From Phycisphaerae bacterium (GTDB taxonomy: Bacteria; Planctomycetota; Phycisphaerae; UBA1845), in the NCBI GenBank assembly GCA_963666835.2, contig CAXXGO010000001.1, positions 1,952,001 to 2,016,000 of the forward strand: a stretch of DNA of 64,000 bases, written 5' to 3'. Position numbers and translations under genes: made by a program. Of this stretch, positions 20,096 to 29,724 are shown piece after piece. The notes below the pieces were generated by a model, which was not told the origin of the DNA, ran no database searches, and worked only from the letters and a program-made list of their open reading frames with translations. Position 1 is the stretch's first letter. Every line of letters starts with the position of its first letter.

Positions 20096-20434
20096 ATGGA
20101 GCTGTTAGTTGATTTGGTGATTGGCTCGGTGATTGAGTGGGCGATCCTGATGATTGTGATTCCCATCGCACAGCGCCTGGCGGATTTCTCCATGCCCGGT
20201 GCCGTGGAGATGGCATGGAAACTAGCGGCTATTGTTCTGCTCAAGAACATCGTCGGTAGCGGGTTGGGTTCGGCGGTCGGCGGGTTTGGTGGAGGCCTTG
20301 CCGCTATCGCGGTATTCTGGGGTGGGCTGTATAAGGTCTTCGATTTAGACATTTTCGGGGCCGTGATTATTCTGGTGGCCTCTTGGATCGTCAATACCTA
20401 CGTGGCAACGGCTCTAATGGCCGCGTTCGCGTAG
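20096..20434 (+). CDS. Small hypothetical membrane protein
   Basis: AAGGAG RBS; about 4 hydrophobic segments. Confidence 0.75.
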   Translation: MELLVDLVIGSVIEWAILMIVIPIAQRLADFSMPGAVEMAWKLAAIVLLKNIVGSGLGSAVGGFGGGLAAIAVFWGGLYKVFDLDIFGAVIILVASWIVNTYVATALMAAFA

Positions 20435-20485
20435 GAACGGACGACATTTAAGGAGTCCGGCGGCTGAGCCGGTCGGTCTTCGGTC

Positions 20486-21583
20486 TTGGAGGGTCAAGCT
20501 GTGGCGACTTGTCGCTGCCCGTGCGGGGCGAGTTACCGGGTACCCGATTCGGCGCTGGGAAGGCAGGCCAAGTGCAAACGCTGCGGAAGTTATTTCACGC
20601 TTGAGGCGGAAGATGACGGGCTGTTTACGATTGCAGATGAGATTGGGGCGGGCGGCTCTTCGAATCAGGGCGGGGCGGAAGCGGCGTTAGGCGTTGCGGG
20701 CGGGCGGGTTGAGCCGACTCTACCTCCGCAATCGGTGACCTTCGAGGGGCTCGCCGGAACCGCGGCAGCACGCGGGGGGAGCGGTTCGATCGGCCGAGGA
20801 ACCGCTCGGGGGTACGCTTCCGACGTGCTTTGGTCGTTTCTGTTTCTTGCTAATCCGGGGAATCTGGCGTCGTTCCTGGTGATCTGGCTGGCGTTAGTGC
20901 TTGGCGAGTACACGTGTCTCCCGTTGGGAGTGATGGCGACCTTGTGGTTCGCCGCGTTTCGGCTCAACGTTGTTGTTTGCGCTGCTTCCGGTGAGAACTA
21001 CCTGCCGGACGTCCATTTCCTGACGGATATCTTCTCGAATCTGGTCTGGCCTTGCGTTCAATGGACGGGCACCTGGTTAATAGTGCTCACGCCGGCCCTT
21101 GCGTATGAGTACGTAACTGGAACTCGGGGAGTGTTTGCCTGGGCGGCGGTGTATGAGAAGATGAGTGGCGGACTCGGGGCGTTGCTCGGAGGATCGGTTT
21201 CCGGCGTGACGGTGTTGGACGTGCTAATCTACCTTGGGATTGCCGCGTGGCCGATGGTGGTTCTTTGCGTTGCTATGGGCGGATTCGGCTCGTTGTGCCG
21301 CGCGGATCTGATTTGTGTGACGATTGTACGGACGTTTCCGGTCTATCTGATCACGCTGGCGTTGATGTTCGGAGCGGTTTTTCTGCAGGAGGCGGCACAG
21401 TCTCTTGCGGCTGCGGGCGTCGGGCCCAAGGCCGGTCGGTCCTCGGGCGGTACCACCGGGATTTGGATCGTTGCGGCGGTGTTGTTGAGAGGCGCTGAGA
21501 TATACGTTGACATAGTCCTGATGCGACTGATCGGCCTCTACTATCATCACTTCAAGGAGAAGTTTGCCTGGTCTTGGGGTTGA
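20486..21583 (+). CDS. Zinc-ribbon domain membrane protein
   Basis: CPCGASY...KCKRCG N-terminus, multiple TMs, C-terminal GLYYHHFKEKFAW. Start approximate. Confidence 0.8.
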   Translation: MEGQAVATCRCPCGASYRVPDSALGRQAKCKRCGSYFTLEAEDDGLFTIADEIGAGGSSNQGGAEAALGVAGGRVEPTLPPQSVTFEGLAGTAAARGGSGSIGRGTARGYASDVLWSFLFLANPGNLASFLVIWLALVLGEYTCLPLGVMATLWFAAFRLNVVVCAASGENYLPDVHFLTDIFSNLVWPCVQWTGTWLIVLTPALAYEYVTGTRGVFAWAAVYEKMSGGLGALLGGSVSGVTVLDVLIYLGIAAWPMVVLCVAMGGFGSLCRADLICVTIVRTFPVYLITLALMFGAVFLQEAAQSLAAAGVGPKAGRSSGGTTGIWIVAAVLLRGAEIYVDIVLMRLIGLYYHHFKEKFAWSWG

Positions 21584-21662
21584 CGAGGTTATGCGGCGCA
21601 AGACCGCCGCGCCCCGTGGCGGCTCGCGATACACTTGTGGACACCGGCTCCGCCCGCAGTCG

Positions 21663-22139
21663 CTACCAGTCAAGTACGATGCTCAGCGCGATCGTAACCG
21701 CCCCAAGGGCTATCGCACAGATCGCCCGTGGGTAATCCGGGTACACCTTGTAGTAGTCGCGTAAGATCTGCGGGATCTGTCCGACGCGGAGTACGCTTAG
21801 CCCCAGAAAGAGGGCGGCTATGCCACCGAGTATGGACATGCCGCGAAGCGCGATTCCGATTCCAGTGCCGGTCCGGACTGCGCTTACCCCAACAAAGACC
21901 ATGGCAATCGCGCCGAGAATGACCCCGCGCCGGGCTCCCTCGTTTGCGCCCTTAACCTGAAAGGTCAACTGTCGGTACTCTGCGATCTTGTCGCGCCATT
22001 CCTTGGCGACGAAGTAAGTGCCACATTCCGAGCACTTCGGTGATACGGCTCCGGTCAGATTGTATCCGCAGGATAGGCAGAATCGCGGCGGTTCGGATGA
22101 GTGTCCGGTGCTGCTGTCGGGTTGGTTTGGTGTGCTCAT
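21663..22139 (-). CDS. Zinc-ribbon membrane protein (hypothetical)
   Basis: CLSCGYNLTG...CSECG plus 3 TMs; ATGA overlap with the upstream channel gene. Confidence 0.8.
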   Translation of the reverse strand: MSTPNQPDSSTGHSSEPPRFCLSCGYNLTGAVSPKCSECGTYFVAKEWRDKIAEYRQLTFQVKGANEGARRGVILGAIAMVFVGVSAVRTGTGIGIALRGMSILGGIAALFLGLSVLRVGQIPQILRDYYKVYPDYPRAICAIALGAVTIALSIVLDW

Positions 22140-23131
22140 CGAATCTCGTCGATCTGGTTGGACACGCCCGCCGGTCCGACCAGGACCAGAGTATCACCGA
22201 CGCTCAACGAAGCATCCGGGTCGGGGTTGAACAGGGTCTGACCGTCGGCCTGCTTGATGGCTACCACGCTTGCACCGGTTCGTTCGCGAAGCGCTGAATC
22301 CCGCAGAGTAGTCCCCGCCAGCGGAGATGCCGGGCTAACGATATACTCGTCAATCTCCAGATCGACTCCCTTGTTGGACATCTCTACCAGGTCGACCACG
22401 TTGGGGCGGGTGAGAATGTTGGCGATTCGCTGAGCCCCCATGATCTGCGGGCATATAACACGGGCTGCCCCGGCGCGCAGGAGCTTAGCCTCGGTGGCCG
22501 GCTGCTCCGCGCGGGCGATGATGTGAAGATCGGGCCGAAGCGTATACGCCGTCAGCGTTATGTAGACGTTATTGGCGTCGTGGGGCAGCACCGCCACCAG
22601 TGAACGGGCCCTCATCAGACCGGCCGCCTGCAGGACCTCGTCATTAGTCGCGTCCCCAATAACGTACGGAACACCCATGCCCTGCAGGGTATTCTCTTTC
22701 TTCGGATCACTCTCCACGATGACCAGCGGCACGTTACGCCGCATCATTTCTTGGGCGGCTAACGATCCCATGCGCCCACAACCGCACAAGATCGTATGCC
22801 GGCGAAGGTCCTTGATCTTGGATTCCATCCTTTTTCTCTCGCGAACGGAGCGTAGTTCACCACTGATAAACAAGGATATCAACGACGTGAAGGCGACGAA
22901 GACGGTCGTGATTCCGATTACAATCACGCCGATTGTCCAGACCCGCCCGGCCGGGCTGGGATCCCAGACCTCGCCATAGCCTACCCCGCTGACGGTAATC
23001 ACCGTCATGTAGGCAGCATCCAGGAATGACGGGTGGCGATCCTGCTCGATGATCATGTATCCCGTCGTGCCGATGATAAGGACGGCCACCAGGGTCAGGA
23101 TTGCCAGTATGAGGCGAAAACGCGGCGACAC
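22136..23131 (-). CDS. Potassium channel protein (2TM pore + TrkA-N/RCK + TrkA-C)
   Basis: Pore segment MTVITVSGVGYG, CGCGRMG nucleotide-binding loop, GDAT, TrkA-C region FNPDPD...GDTLVLVG. Confidence 0.93.
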   Translation of the reverse strand: MSPRFRLILAILTLVAVLIIGTTGYMIIEQDRHPSFLDAAYMTVITVSGVGYGEVWDPSPAGRVWTIGVIVIGITTVFVAFTSLISLFISGELRSVRERKRMESKIKDLRRHTILCGCGRMGSLAAQEMMRRNVPLVIVESDPKKENTLQGMGVPYVIGDATNDEVLQAAGLMRARSLVAVLPHDANNVYITLTAYTLRPDLHIIARAEQPATEAKLLRAGAARVICPQIMGAQRIANILTRPNVVDLVEMSNKGVDLEIDEYIVSPASPLAGTTLRDSALRERTGASVVAIKQADGQTLFNPDPDASLSVGDTLVLVGPAGVSNQIDEIR

Positions 23132-23411
23132 AGACGATTCCTCGCTCCATCAACGGATGCAACGCCACCAGCCGGATGCTCCGAAGTCTAGCGGTAGATC
23201 GATCCGGCGCACAGCCCGAGCCCGTTTCAGCTTCGACAGAAGACGGCTCCTGAGCGAATAGAGGGCACCGTTGGTGGGAACGGTTGTCCGTTCGCGTGCA
23301 GGATGACGCTTTGTGGGTTAGTTCGGCGATCTCCGGGGCCTACCCGCTCTGGCTGCCGGCGTTTGCGGGCGTTATGGTGGTCGCTCAAAGTGCTGTGTCT
23401 GTGTCTGCTGG

Positions 23412-24608
23412 GTGGATGACATTGTGAAACGAGCGATCGTAGCAGGGGCGACTTCTCACGGTCTGGGCATCACGCGGTTGTTGCTTTCCAAGGGGTATCA
23501 GGTCCAACTCGTCGATCAGCAGGAGGCGGTTCTGGCCAGCGCCCGAGCGGATCTGGCCGACCTGCTACGCAAGACTGGCGGGCAGCGGGTTGGAGAACTG
23601 CGAACCTCGGGGGCGCCGTCGGAAGTTGACTCGCCGGATTTGGCGGTTGAGACAGGTACCGGCACAGTGGCGGAGAAGCGGGCGGCGCTGGCCGCGTTGG
23701 AGGCGGTGGTTCCGCCGTCGGCTCTTTTGATTACTAGTTCCCCACTTGTTTCGGTCAGTTCCGTTGCGGTTGGCGCGCAAGAACCGGCGCGGGTGATAGG
23801 GCTGAACATCCCCGGAGTTTCCGAAGAAACGCAGGTTGCGGAAGTCGTGGCTGGGCAGAAGAGCGATGAGGCGGTGATCGATCGCATGTTCAAGATCGTG
23901 AAATCGTGGGGCAAGACCCCCGTGCGCGTCGCCGACAGCCCGGGGCTTATAGTAGATCGAATTCTCTGCAGCTACTACCTGGAGGCCCAGCGGGTCCTGG
24001 CCGACGGAATCGGCGGAGTGGATGAAATCGACGGCATTATGCGAACGTACGGCCGGTTCAAGCTGGGGCCGTTTGAGGCGATGGACTCGGTCGGCCTTGA
24101 TTTGGATCTTGTGCTGACGACGTCAATCTGGGAACGGCTGGGCAGGCCTCGGAGACTTCAGCCGCACGCGGCCCAGCGGAAGCTGGTTGAGCGGGGTTTC
24201 ACCGGGCGAGGCTCCGGCCGGGGCTTCTACCTTCACGACTCGGACGGAGTGCTGCCCGCCTGGATTGTAGATCGTAGGAGCTTTGAACTCTCGCCGCTGC
24301 ACTCGGATGCGATGGTCACTTTCGCGGCTCGAGCCGGAGCGATCAACGCGGCCGGCACGGAACAGTACATCTTCAGTCGAATCCTCGCGGCCGTGATCAA
24401 CGAGGCCGGTTGGGTATTCGAAGAGAGCGTTGCGAGCCCCCGCGACATCGATTTTGCGATGGTCCTCGGCGCGGATTTCCCACAAGGGCCCCTGGCGTGG
24501 TCGGACGACATCGGACACCGGACGATCCGCGGCTTTCTGCACGGTGCCGCAGGGGTGGTAGGGGATGATCGCTATCAACCCGCTCCGCTATTCGAGCGGG
24601 CGACCTGA
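23412..24608 (+). CDS. 3-hydroxyacyl-CoA dehydrogenase-like protein with degenerate active site
   Basis: GKTPVRVADSPG, GPFEAMD.VGLD, G..SGRGFY, duplicated C-terminal domain; GxGxxG and the catalytic His are altered. Confidence 0.8.
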   Translation: MDDIVKRAIVAGATSHGLGITRLLLSKGYQVQLVDQQEAVLASARADLADLLRKTGGQRVGELRTSGAPSEVDSPDLAVETGTGTVAEKRAALAALEAVVPPSALLITSSPLVSVSSVAVGAQEPARVIGLNIPGVSEETQVAEVVAGQKSDEAVIDRMFKIVKSWGKTPVRVADSPGLIVDRILCSYYLEAQRVLADGIGGVDEIDGIMRTYGRFKLGPFEAMDSVGLDLDLVLTTSIWERLGRPRRLQPHAAQRKLVERGFTGRGSGRGFYLHDSDGVLPAWIVDRRSFELSPLHSDAMVTFAARAGAINAAGTEQYIFSRILAAVINEAGWVFEESVASPRDIDFAMVLGADFPQGPLAWSDDIGHRTIRGFLHGAAGVVGDDRYQPAPLFERAT

Positions 24609-24646
24609 GCGGACAGGCCGCGTCTGGGATACGCCTGCCCGGCACG

Positions 24647-25057
24647 TCACTCCTCGGGCGCCATCGTGGCGAGTTGCCCATGAGCGACACCGCGCATCGC
24701 TTGAATACGATCGGTGAACGCCTGGACGTCGCGGTGCTTGCCGGCAAGAACGATGGTGACGTAATCTCGGTTCCGATCGATCGTCGAGTACATGGTTCCG
24801 CGAATCAGCGATTGGGCGGCGACGAGGCACTCGCGAAGGCGCGAGCCAACCTCGCCGATCCGGTTGTCACAGACGAATGTCAAAACCACTGACACGCGGT
24901 CATCACTCTCGGCCGGGCGGCTGCAGAGCAGCGCGTCGCGGATCATATCGCGAACCGCCTCAGACCTGTTCTCGTAGCCCATTGCGGCAATGTAACCATC
25001 AAACGCCGCGAGCAACTCGGTGTCGAGAGAAACGCTGAACCGATCAGTCTGGGACAT
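24647..25057 (-). CDS. NikR-like ribbon-helix-helix regulator lacking the canonical Ni ligands
   Basis: RFSVSLD..LL..FD...GYENRSEAVRDMIR plus an ACT-like C-terminal domain ending GVAHGQL. Confidence 0.85.
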   Translation of the reverse strand: MSQTDRFSVSLDTELLAAFDGYIAAMGYENRSEAVRDMIRDALLCSRPAESDDRVSVVLTFVCDNRIGEVGSRLRECLVAAQSLIRGTMYSTIDRNRDYVTIVLAGKHRDVQAFTDRIQAMRGVAHGQLATMAPEE

Positions 25058-26333
25058 GTTTGCCCTTTCTCGCAGAATGAGCCGCTGAACGGGCTCCCGG
25101 AATCAGCTCGGAGACGTTCAAAGCTGCCGGCCGACATTGCGGCGCCGGTTTGCCGTCTGTCATAAGCGCGACATGCATGAGAGATGCGTTCGGCTCGAAT
25201 ACCACGCTGTGGTGCGTGGCGATTTCGGCGATTGCCACGCTGTCGAGCAGAGTCCACGCTGTTTCACGGTCTAAGTACTGCTGAGCGTCTTGCAGGGTCG
25301 AGGCGAGCACGCTGTCGATCTTCGCGAAACGCCCGCAAGTAACCGGTGGAGTGCGCTTACGGTAGTGGTTGGTACACGCGAGATAGGGCACGTTCGCGTC
25401 AGGGAGTCGTTCGGTAACGCCGTTGGTGTGGGTGTGATCTCCGTCGAACTCGAAGACCGCTGCCGCGGGTCCGGCACCGGTATAAGGTCTCGTTACCATC
25501 ATGTTGTTGCCGACTGTACACGCACGTTTGCGAAGAACCTGCGCAACGTCGGCGAAGGCGGTAGCCGCTTTGGCTGATTCGATTGCGTCGCGGAAGGTGA
25601 GAATGTACGGAGTGTAACCGGTTGCGGTCGTCGGCTTGAAGCCTCTAGCGTCGTGGGTGGCAATCGACACTCCTTCGCTGTTCATTCCCGTGAGGCACCC
25701 GATTACTCCGGGCCACGTGACCGAGACCCAGCCCAGGCGGTCCGAGTCGGGCGGGGCGGCTCGGGCCACGATGATCTGCGTCCCCGCCAGCGCCGGGATC
25801 GGGTACCAGTCCATATTGCGTCCGGCGAGCGTCTTGCCGCCTTTGGTCATAGAGCCCCAAGCGGCGAATGATGAACATCCCAGCCGCGAGAGGTCCGGCA
25901 CGCAGTTGGCCGCGACCAGGTCCTCGTATCGAAAGGCCCGCCCTACCGAAGGAAGTTGGACCGGTCCCCCCGCGCGGGCTTCGAGACCCGCGAGTATGCC
26001 GCGCAGCTCCGCCTCGTAGCGCGGGGCAATCACCATTATGCCGAGCTTGGGCAGGACCGCTTCTTCGTATCCCTGCGGGCTTCCTCCGACGGCACCGCTG
26101 GAAAGGAATCCGTCCCAAAGGTCAACCACGTCCTGTCCGATGAGGTATCCCTGGGCGAAGCCTTGTTTGCTTAGCGTACCCCACAAGCGCAGCACGCGGA
26201 CCCCATCCACGACGCTGAGTTCGCCGGTAACCTGTTTGGGCTCCGATCCGCCCGCCAAAGCCGGCCCGGACAGCAAGGGGAGAATCGCTACGAACAACAG
26301 CCGCGTGAGGTTCCGTTTCGTTGCCATGCTCAT
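25044..26333 (-). CDS. C45-family (Ntn-hydrolase) autoproteolytic acyltransferase/peptidase, secreted
   Basis: Signal peptide; GCSSFAAWG nucleophile site, GRNMDW, GMNSEGV, TNHY. Start reassigned downstream of the repeat cluster. Confidence 0.88.
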   Translation of the reverse strand: MSMATKRNLTRLLFVAILPLLSGPALAGGSEPKQVTGELSVVDGVRVLRLWGTLSKQGFAQGYLIGQDVVDLWDGFLSSGAVGGSPQGYEEAVLPKLGIMVIAPRYEAELRGILAGLEARAGGPVQLPSVGRAFRYEDLVAANCVPDLSRLGCSSFAAWGSMTKGGKTLAGRNMDWYPIPALAGTQIIVARAAPPDSDRLGWVSVTWPGVIGCLTGMNSEGVSIATHDARGFKPTTATGYTPYILTFRDAIESAKAATAFADVAQVLRKRACTVGNNMMVTRPYTGAGPAAAVFEFDGDHTHTNGVTERLPDANVPYLACTNHYRKRTPPVTCGRFAKIDSVLASTLQDAQQYLDRETAWTLLDSVAIAEIATHHSVVFEPNASLMHVALMTDGKPAPQCRPAALNVSELIPGARSAAHSARKGKHVPD

Positions 26334-26346
26334 TGTCCTGTTCCAC

Positions 26347-26481
26347 GTAACGCGGGCGTCCTGTCTGCACGATCGTAACGCAGATATCCTGTCTGCAAAA
26401 TCGTAACGCAGACATCCTGTCTGCATCTTCAGACGTTTCGATATTCTACCGCCCATCCAGCAGCCTGGAAGCCTGCGTTAC
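26347..26481. repeat. Tandem REP-like palindromes, family A
   Basis: 23-bp unit (GTAACGCAGAYATCCTGTCTGCA, first copy degenerate) at 26347, 26375 and 26403 with exact 28-bp period; inverted variant at 26460-26481. Confidence 0.85.
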
Positions 26482-26969
26482 CGCGGCACCAATAGAGCGG
26501 AAGCGAGTACGGGCTAATCTGCCTCAGTGCGGATGTTCCAGCTTAACGATGCTGCAGGGATGCGATCCGAAATCCGATCCGACCGGCCCGCCGGTGCTCG
26601 ACAACAAGCTCCCGATTACTTACCCTATGTGTAATCGTGCGGGATCAGCCCGGCCACGCGAGCAGAGACCGCGTGCTTTTTTGCAGGAGGCGACGAGCGC
26701 GGGATGCGTCGGGGAAGTCTGGGTCATTTCAAGACGCTTTTCTGCTAACTCAGTCCGGGCGATGGAGCGGGATCCACTCGTTGCGGTCCGGTTGTCCGCG
26801 CGACTGCGCTGCGAGTGTTGCCGCGCGGCTAGTCCCGGGTTCCGTTGGGAACGCGTGACACCGGAGTCGATGGTGTTCTTTGAGCCACACAGGAGATCGT
26901 CTTATGCCTATCAGAACCGAACAGATCATGCCGAATCTTGGACTCAGGAACGTGGCTTCTGTTGCTTGC

Positions 26970-29555
26970 ATGAGGAGTCTGCGGGTGGCGGCGTCTTTCG
27001 TAGTGCTTGTCACGCTGGCTGGATGCCCGGGCGCGTCGCAGGAGGAACCCCCGCCGCTCAACCTGGGTCAGAGCGTGCCGGTAAGCAGTGCCACGGTCGA
27101 CGCAGAGGGCGGGACGATCAACCTTGCGGATGCGACGGGCGTTCTCGAAGGCATTACTATCGAGGTGCCCGCGGGCGCTCTGGAGGAATCGACCACCTTC
27201 AACCTGTCATACCGGCCGATCGAGAGCCACACCCTCGGCAGCGAGTTTAACCCGGTCACACCGGTAATTACCATAGACAATGGCGATGTAACTGCGACTG
27301 AGCCGATCCTGGTCACCGTGCCGGTCGAGATAGCCGAAGACGAGCATGTCATGGCCTTCATCTATGACGAAGAGACCGGCCGGTTCGAGGCTCTCGCCGA
27401 GATTGACCACGACGCGACCTCATTCACGTTCGCAACCACGCATTTCTGTGATATTCTGCTTAACAAGGTCTTCTGGCAGTTGCTGCTCGACGACTTTCCT
27501 TCCGGGTTCCAACTTCAGCATGACAACTGGCAATATGATAACCCGGGGACCTTCTTGTCTTCGGGCGGTATTTGCTCTGGCATGAGCGCCACGGCGTTAT
27601 ACTACTACCTGGAGAAGAAGACCAAAGACAACCAGCCGGAGCTGTTCGGACGGTACGACAACGACGGCGACACGCAGAATCCGACTCCGGATTTCGGCGA
27701 GGACGATTCGAATGCCATCTATATTGCCGCCACTGCACAGTGGTATCGAGAGAACTACCAGTCCTCGAAGCTCGAGTATTGGTACAACATTGCCAGAGAG
27801 AAGGACGACATGTGGACGTTCCTGATGTTCGCGCACGCGATTATGATGACTGATGAGCCCCAATATGTGGCGATCTTCAACGAAGATTATAAGACCGGGC
27901 ACGCTTTGATTGTCTACAAGAAGATGGGCGATACATTGTATGTGGCCGATCCCAATGAGCCCAATATCGAGAACAAAATCACCTACAAGTACGACGCGGA
28001 CGGCGTACTTCACTTCGAGCCGTACAAGTTCCGAACGAGATCCGGAATCTCTGCGACCGATTACACGGAGGTGATCTTCGTGGGACATCGAGACGTTGTT
28101 GCGTGGGAGGATCTGAAGGAACTCTGGGAGAAGATGGACGACGGCACGGTTGGTGATGAGTTCCCCCAGTACCACTTCGTGGTGCTCGAGGAGGACGCGG
28201 CCGGCAACACGACCGAGGTTCCGTTTCTGGACGGCTACAGTACGGAAGAGAGTGAGATCACTCTGAAGATCGTCACGGACGGCCACAAGTGGTTCACTCC
28301 GCGGCTGACCTGGTACGACCAGGATCAAACGGAACGCGGCCAAGTCGAAGGCGAGACCATCGAGGTGACCCTCAGTGACGGGGATAACCGCGTCGGGATC
28401 CTGGCGGAGGCGGATCCGGCGGATCTGGACGATCCGGACGAGGATGACGATTGGGCCTGGACGGGCTTCGACTGGTTCAACGTAGAGCGCAAGACGGATA
28501 ATGCCACGACGATCGGTACAACGATAATCAGTCCCGTAAACGGTTCCACGTACACGACGGATGATACGATTATGTTCAGTGGAACCGGGGCCGACGCCGA
28601 TGGGAACCCGCTTACCGGTTCGTCGCTGGTGTGGACGTCGAACCGCGACGGCGAGTTGGGTACCGGCGAGTCGTTCACGAAGTCGCTATCCGAAAACACG
28701 CACCAGATCACTCTGACGGCCACGGATGCCAACGGGCAAGAGACCATCGATCACATCACTATCATAGTCGGCGCCGGCGCGGAACCGACCATTACGGTAT
28801 GGTACGACGGAGAGCTCGTCGATGACGCGAATATGTTGATCCGTGACGAACCGGTTGTCGAAGTAGGGACTACCGAAAACCTCGAGTTCACCATTAAGAA
28901 CACGGGTGCGGCACCGCTCCAAATCATCGTGCCGCTCGAGATCCGCGAAGAGGACCAAGGCGAGTTTGCGATAGTCCGCGAGCCGGAGGCGACAGTCGAT
29001 CCGGGCGAGTCGACTACGTTCGTGTTGGCGTTCACTCCGCAAGATCTAGGCTACGGCCAGACGTCAATCTACGTCGAGAGCAACGGCTTCCACGGGTACG
29101 ACTACGGCGTCCACATAAACATAATGGCGGATTATCCGTGGACGTACTACGCCTTCATAGATGAGGTGAGCGGGCTGATGTGGCAGAAGAAGTCGTGGCT
29201 GGATACCACCGGATGGGCGGTTCCGCGGGATTGGCAGGACGCTACAGACTACTGTGCAAACCTGGAACTGGCCGGTTACGATGATTGGCGCATGCCCAGC
29301 AAGGATGAGGTCGTGGATATCCTCGGCGGCTATGACGAGGACAACCAGTCATACGCCCATGCTTGTGCGGACTCGCCGAGCTGCCTGGAGTTTGAGTCCT
29401 CGGCGGGCGTTTATGGTTATGAGCATTGGACTTCCACGCCGCACGATGACGCCGGCGACTACTGGTCGGTGAAGTTCTCGAACGGGTACCTCAATCATCG
29501 GGCGGGGGAATACACGGGTGTCGATACGCATTGCGTTCGCGAAAGCGGAGAGTAA
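26970..29555 (+). CDS. Modular lipoprotein: ZU5-like region, putative Cys-His-Asp domain, Ig-like domains, DUF1566 (Lcl C-terminal)
   Basis: Lipobox LAGC; IEVPAGALEE...THFC; FTIKNTGAAPL; DEVSGLMWQK...YCANLELAGYDDWRMP..DE. Start could be 26904 or 26928. Confidence 0.82.
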   Translation: MRSLRVAASFVVLVTLAGCPGASQEEPPPLNLGQSVPVSSATVDAEGGTINLADATGVLEGITIEVPAGALEESTTFNLSYRPIESHTLGSEFNPVTPVITIDNGDVTATEPILVTVPVEIAEDEHVMAFIYDEETGRFEALAEIDHDATSFTFATTHFCDILLNKVFWQLLLDDFPSGFQLQHDNWQYDNPGTFLSSGGICSGMSATALYYYLEKKTKDNQPELFGRYDNDGDTQNPTPDFGEDDSNAIYIAATAQWYRENYQSSKLEYWYNIAREKDDMWTFLMFAHAIMMTDEPQYVAIFNEDYKTGHALIVYKKMGDTLYVADPNEPNIENKITYKYDADGVLHFEPYKFRTRSGISATDYTEVIFVGHRDVVAWEDLKELWEKMDDGTVGDEFPQYHFVVLEEDAAGNTTEVPFLDGYSTEESEITLKIVTDGHKWFTPRLTWYDQDQTERGQVEGETIEVTLSDGDNRVGILAEADPADLDDPDEDDDWAWTGFDWFNVERKTDNATTIGTTIISPVNGSTYTTDDTIMFSGTGADADGNPLTGSSLVWTSNRDGELGTGESFTKSLSENTHQITLTATDANGQETIDHITIIVGAGAEPTITVWYDGELVDDANMLIRDEPVVEVGTTENLEFTIKNTGAAPLQIIVPLEIREEDQGEFAIVREPEATVDPGESTTFVLAFTPQDLGYGQTSIYVESNGFHGYDYGVHINIMADYPWTYYAFIDEVSGLMWQKKSWLDTTGWAVPRDWQDATDYCANLELAGYDDWRMPSKDEVVDILGGYDEDNQSYAHACADSPSCLEFESSAGVYGYEHWTSTPHDDAGDYWSVKFSNGYLNHRAGEYTGVDTHCVRESGE

Positions 29556-29673
29556 GACGCGGCAGTAACACTGCACCGCCGCGGTAGATTATGCACGACG
29601 CAGAAGTGGTGGGCTGGTAGAAGTGGAAAGATCGCTTGGACGTGCGGCGTGGTTCTACCCGTAGCGAAGCCTG

Positions 29674-29714
29674 AACGGGTGGCATAGGCCGGTTTGTCGC
29701 CTATGCCACCCGTT
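29674..29714. terminator. Long hairpin between convergent genes
   Basis: AACGGGTGGCATAGGC / GCCTATGCCACCCGTT, a 16-bp perfect stem, extendable by GAAGCC/GGCTTC. Confidence 0.7.
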
Positions 29715-29724
29715 TGGCTTCGGA

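Noticed and set aside
26347..26425. Possible CRISPR array (also considered for 3101-3199 and 13828-14111)
   Set aside because: Spacers are 5 bp or irregular, copies occur in both orientations and no cas genes are present; a REP-like interpretation fits better.
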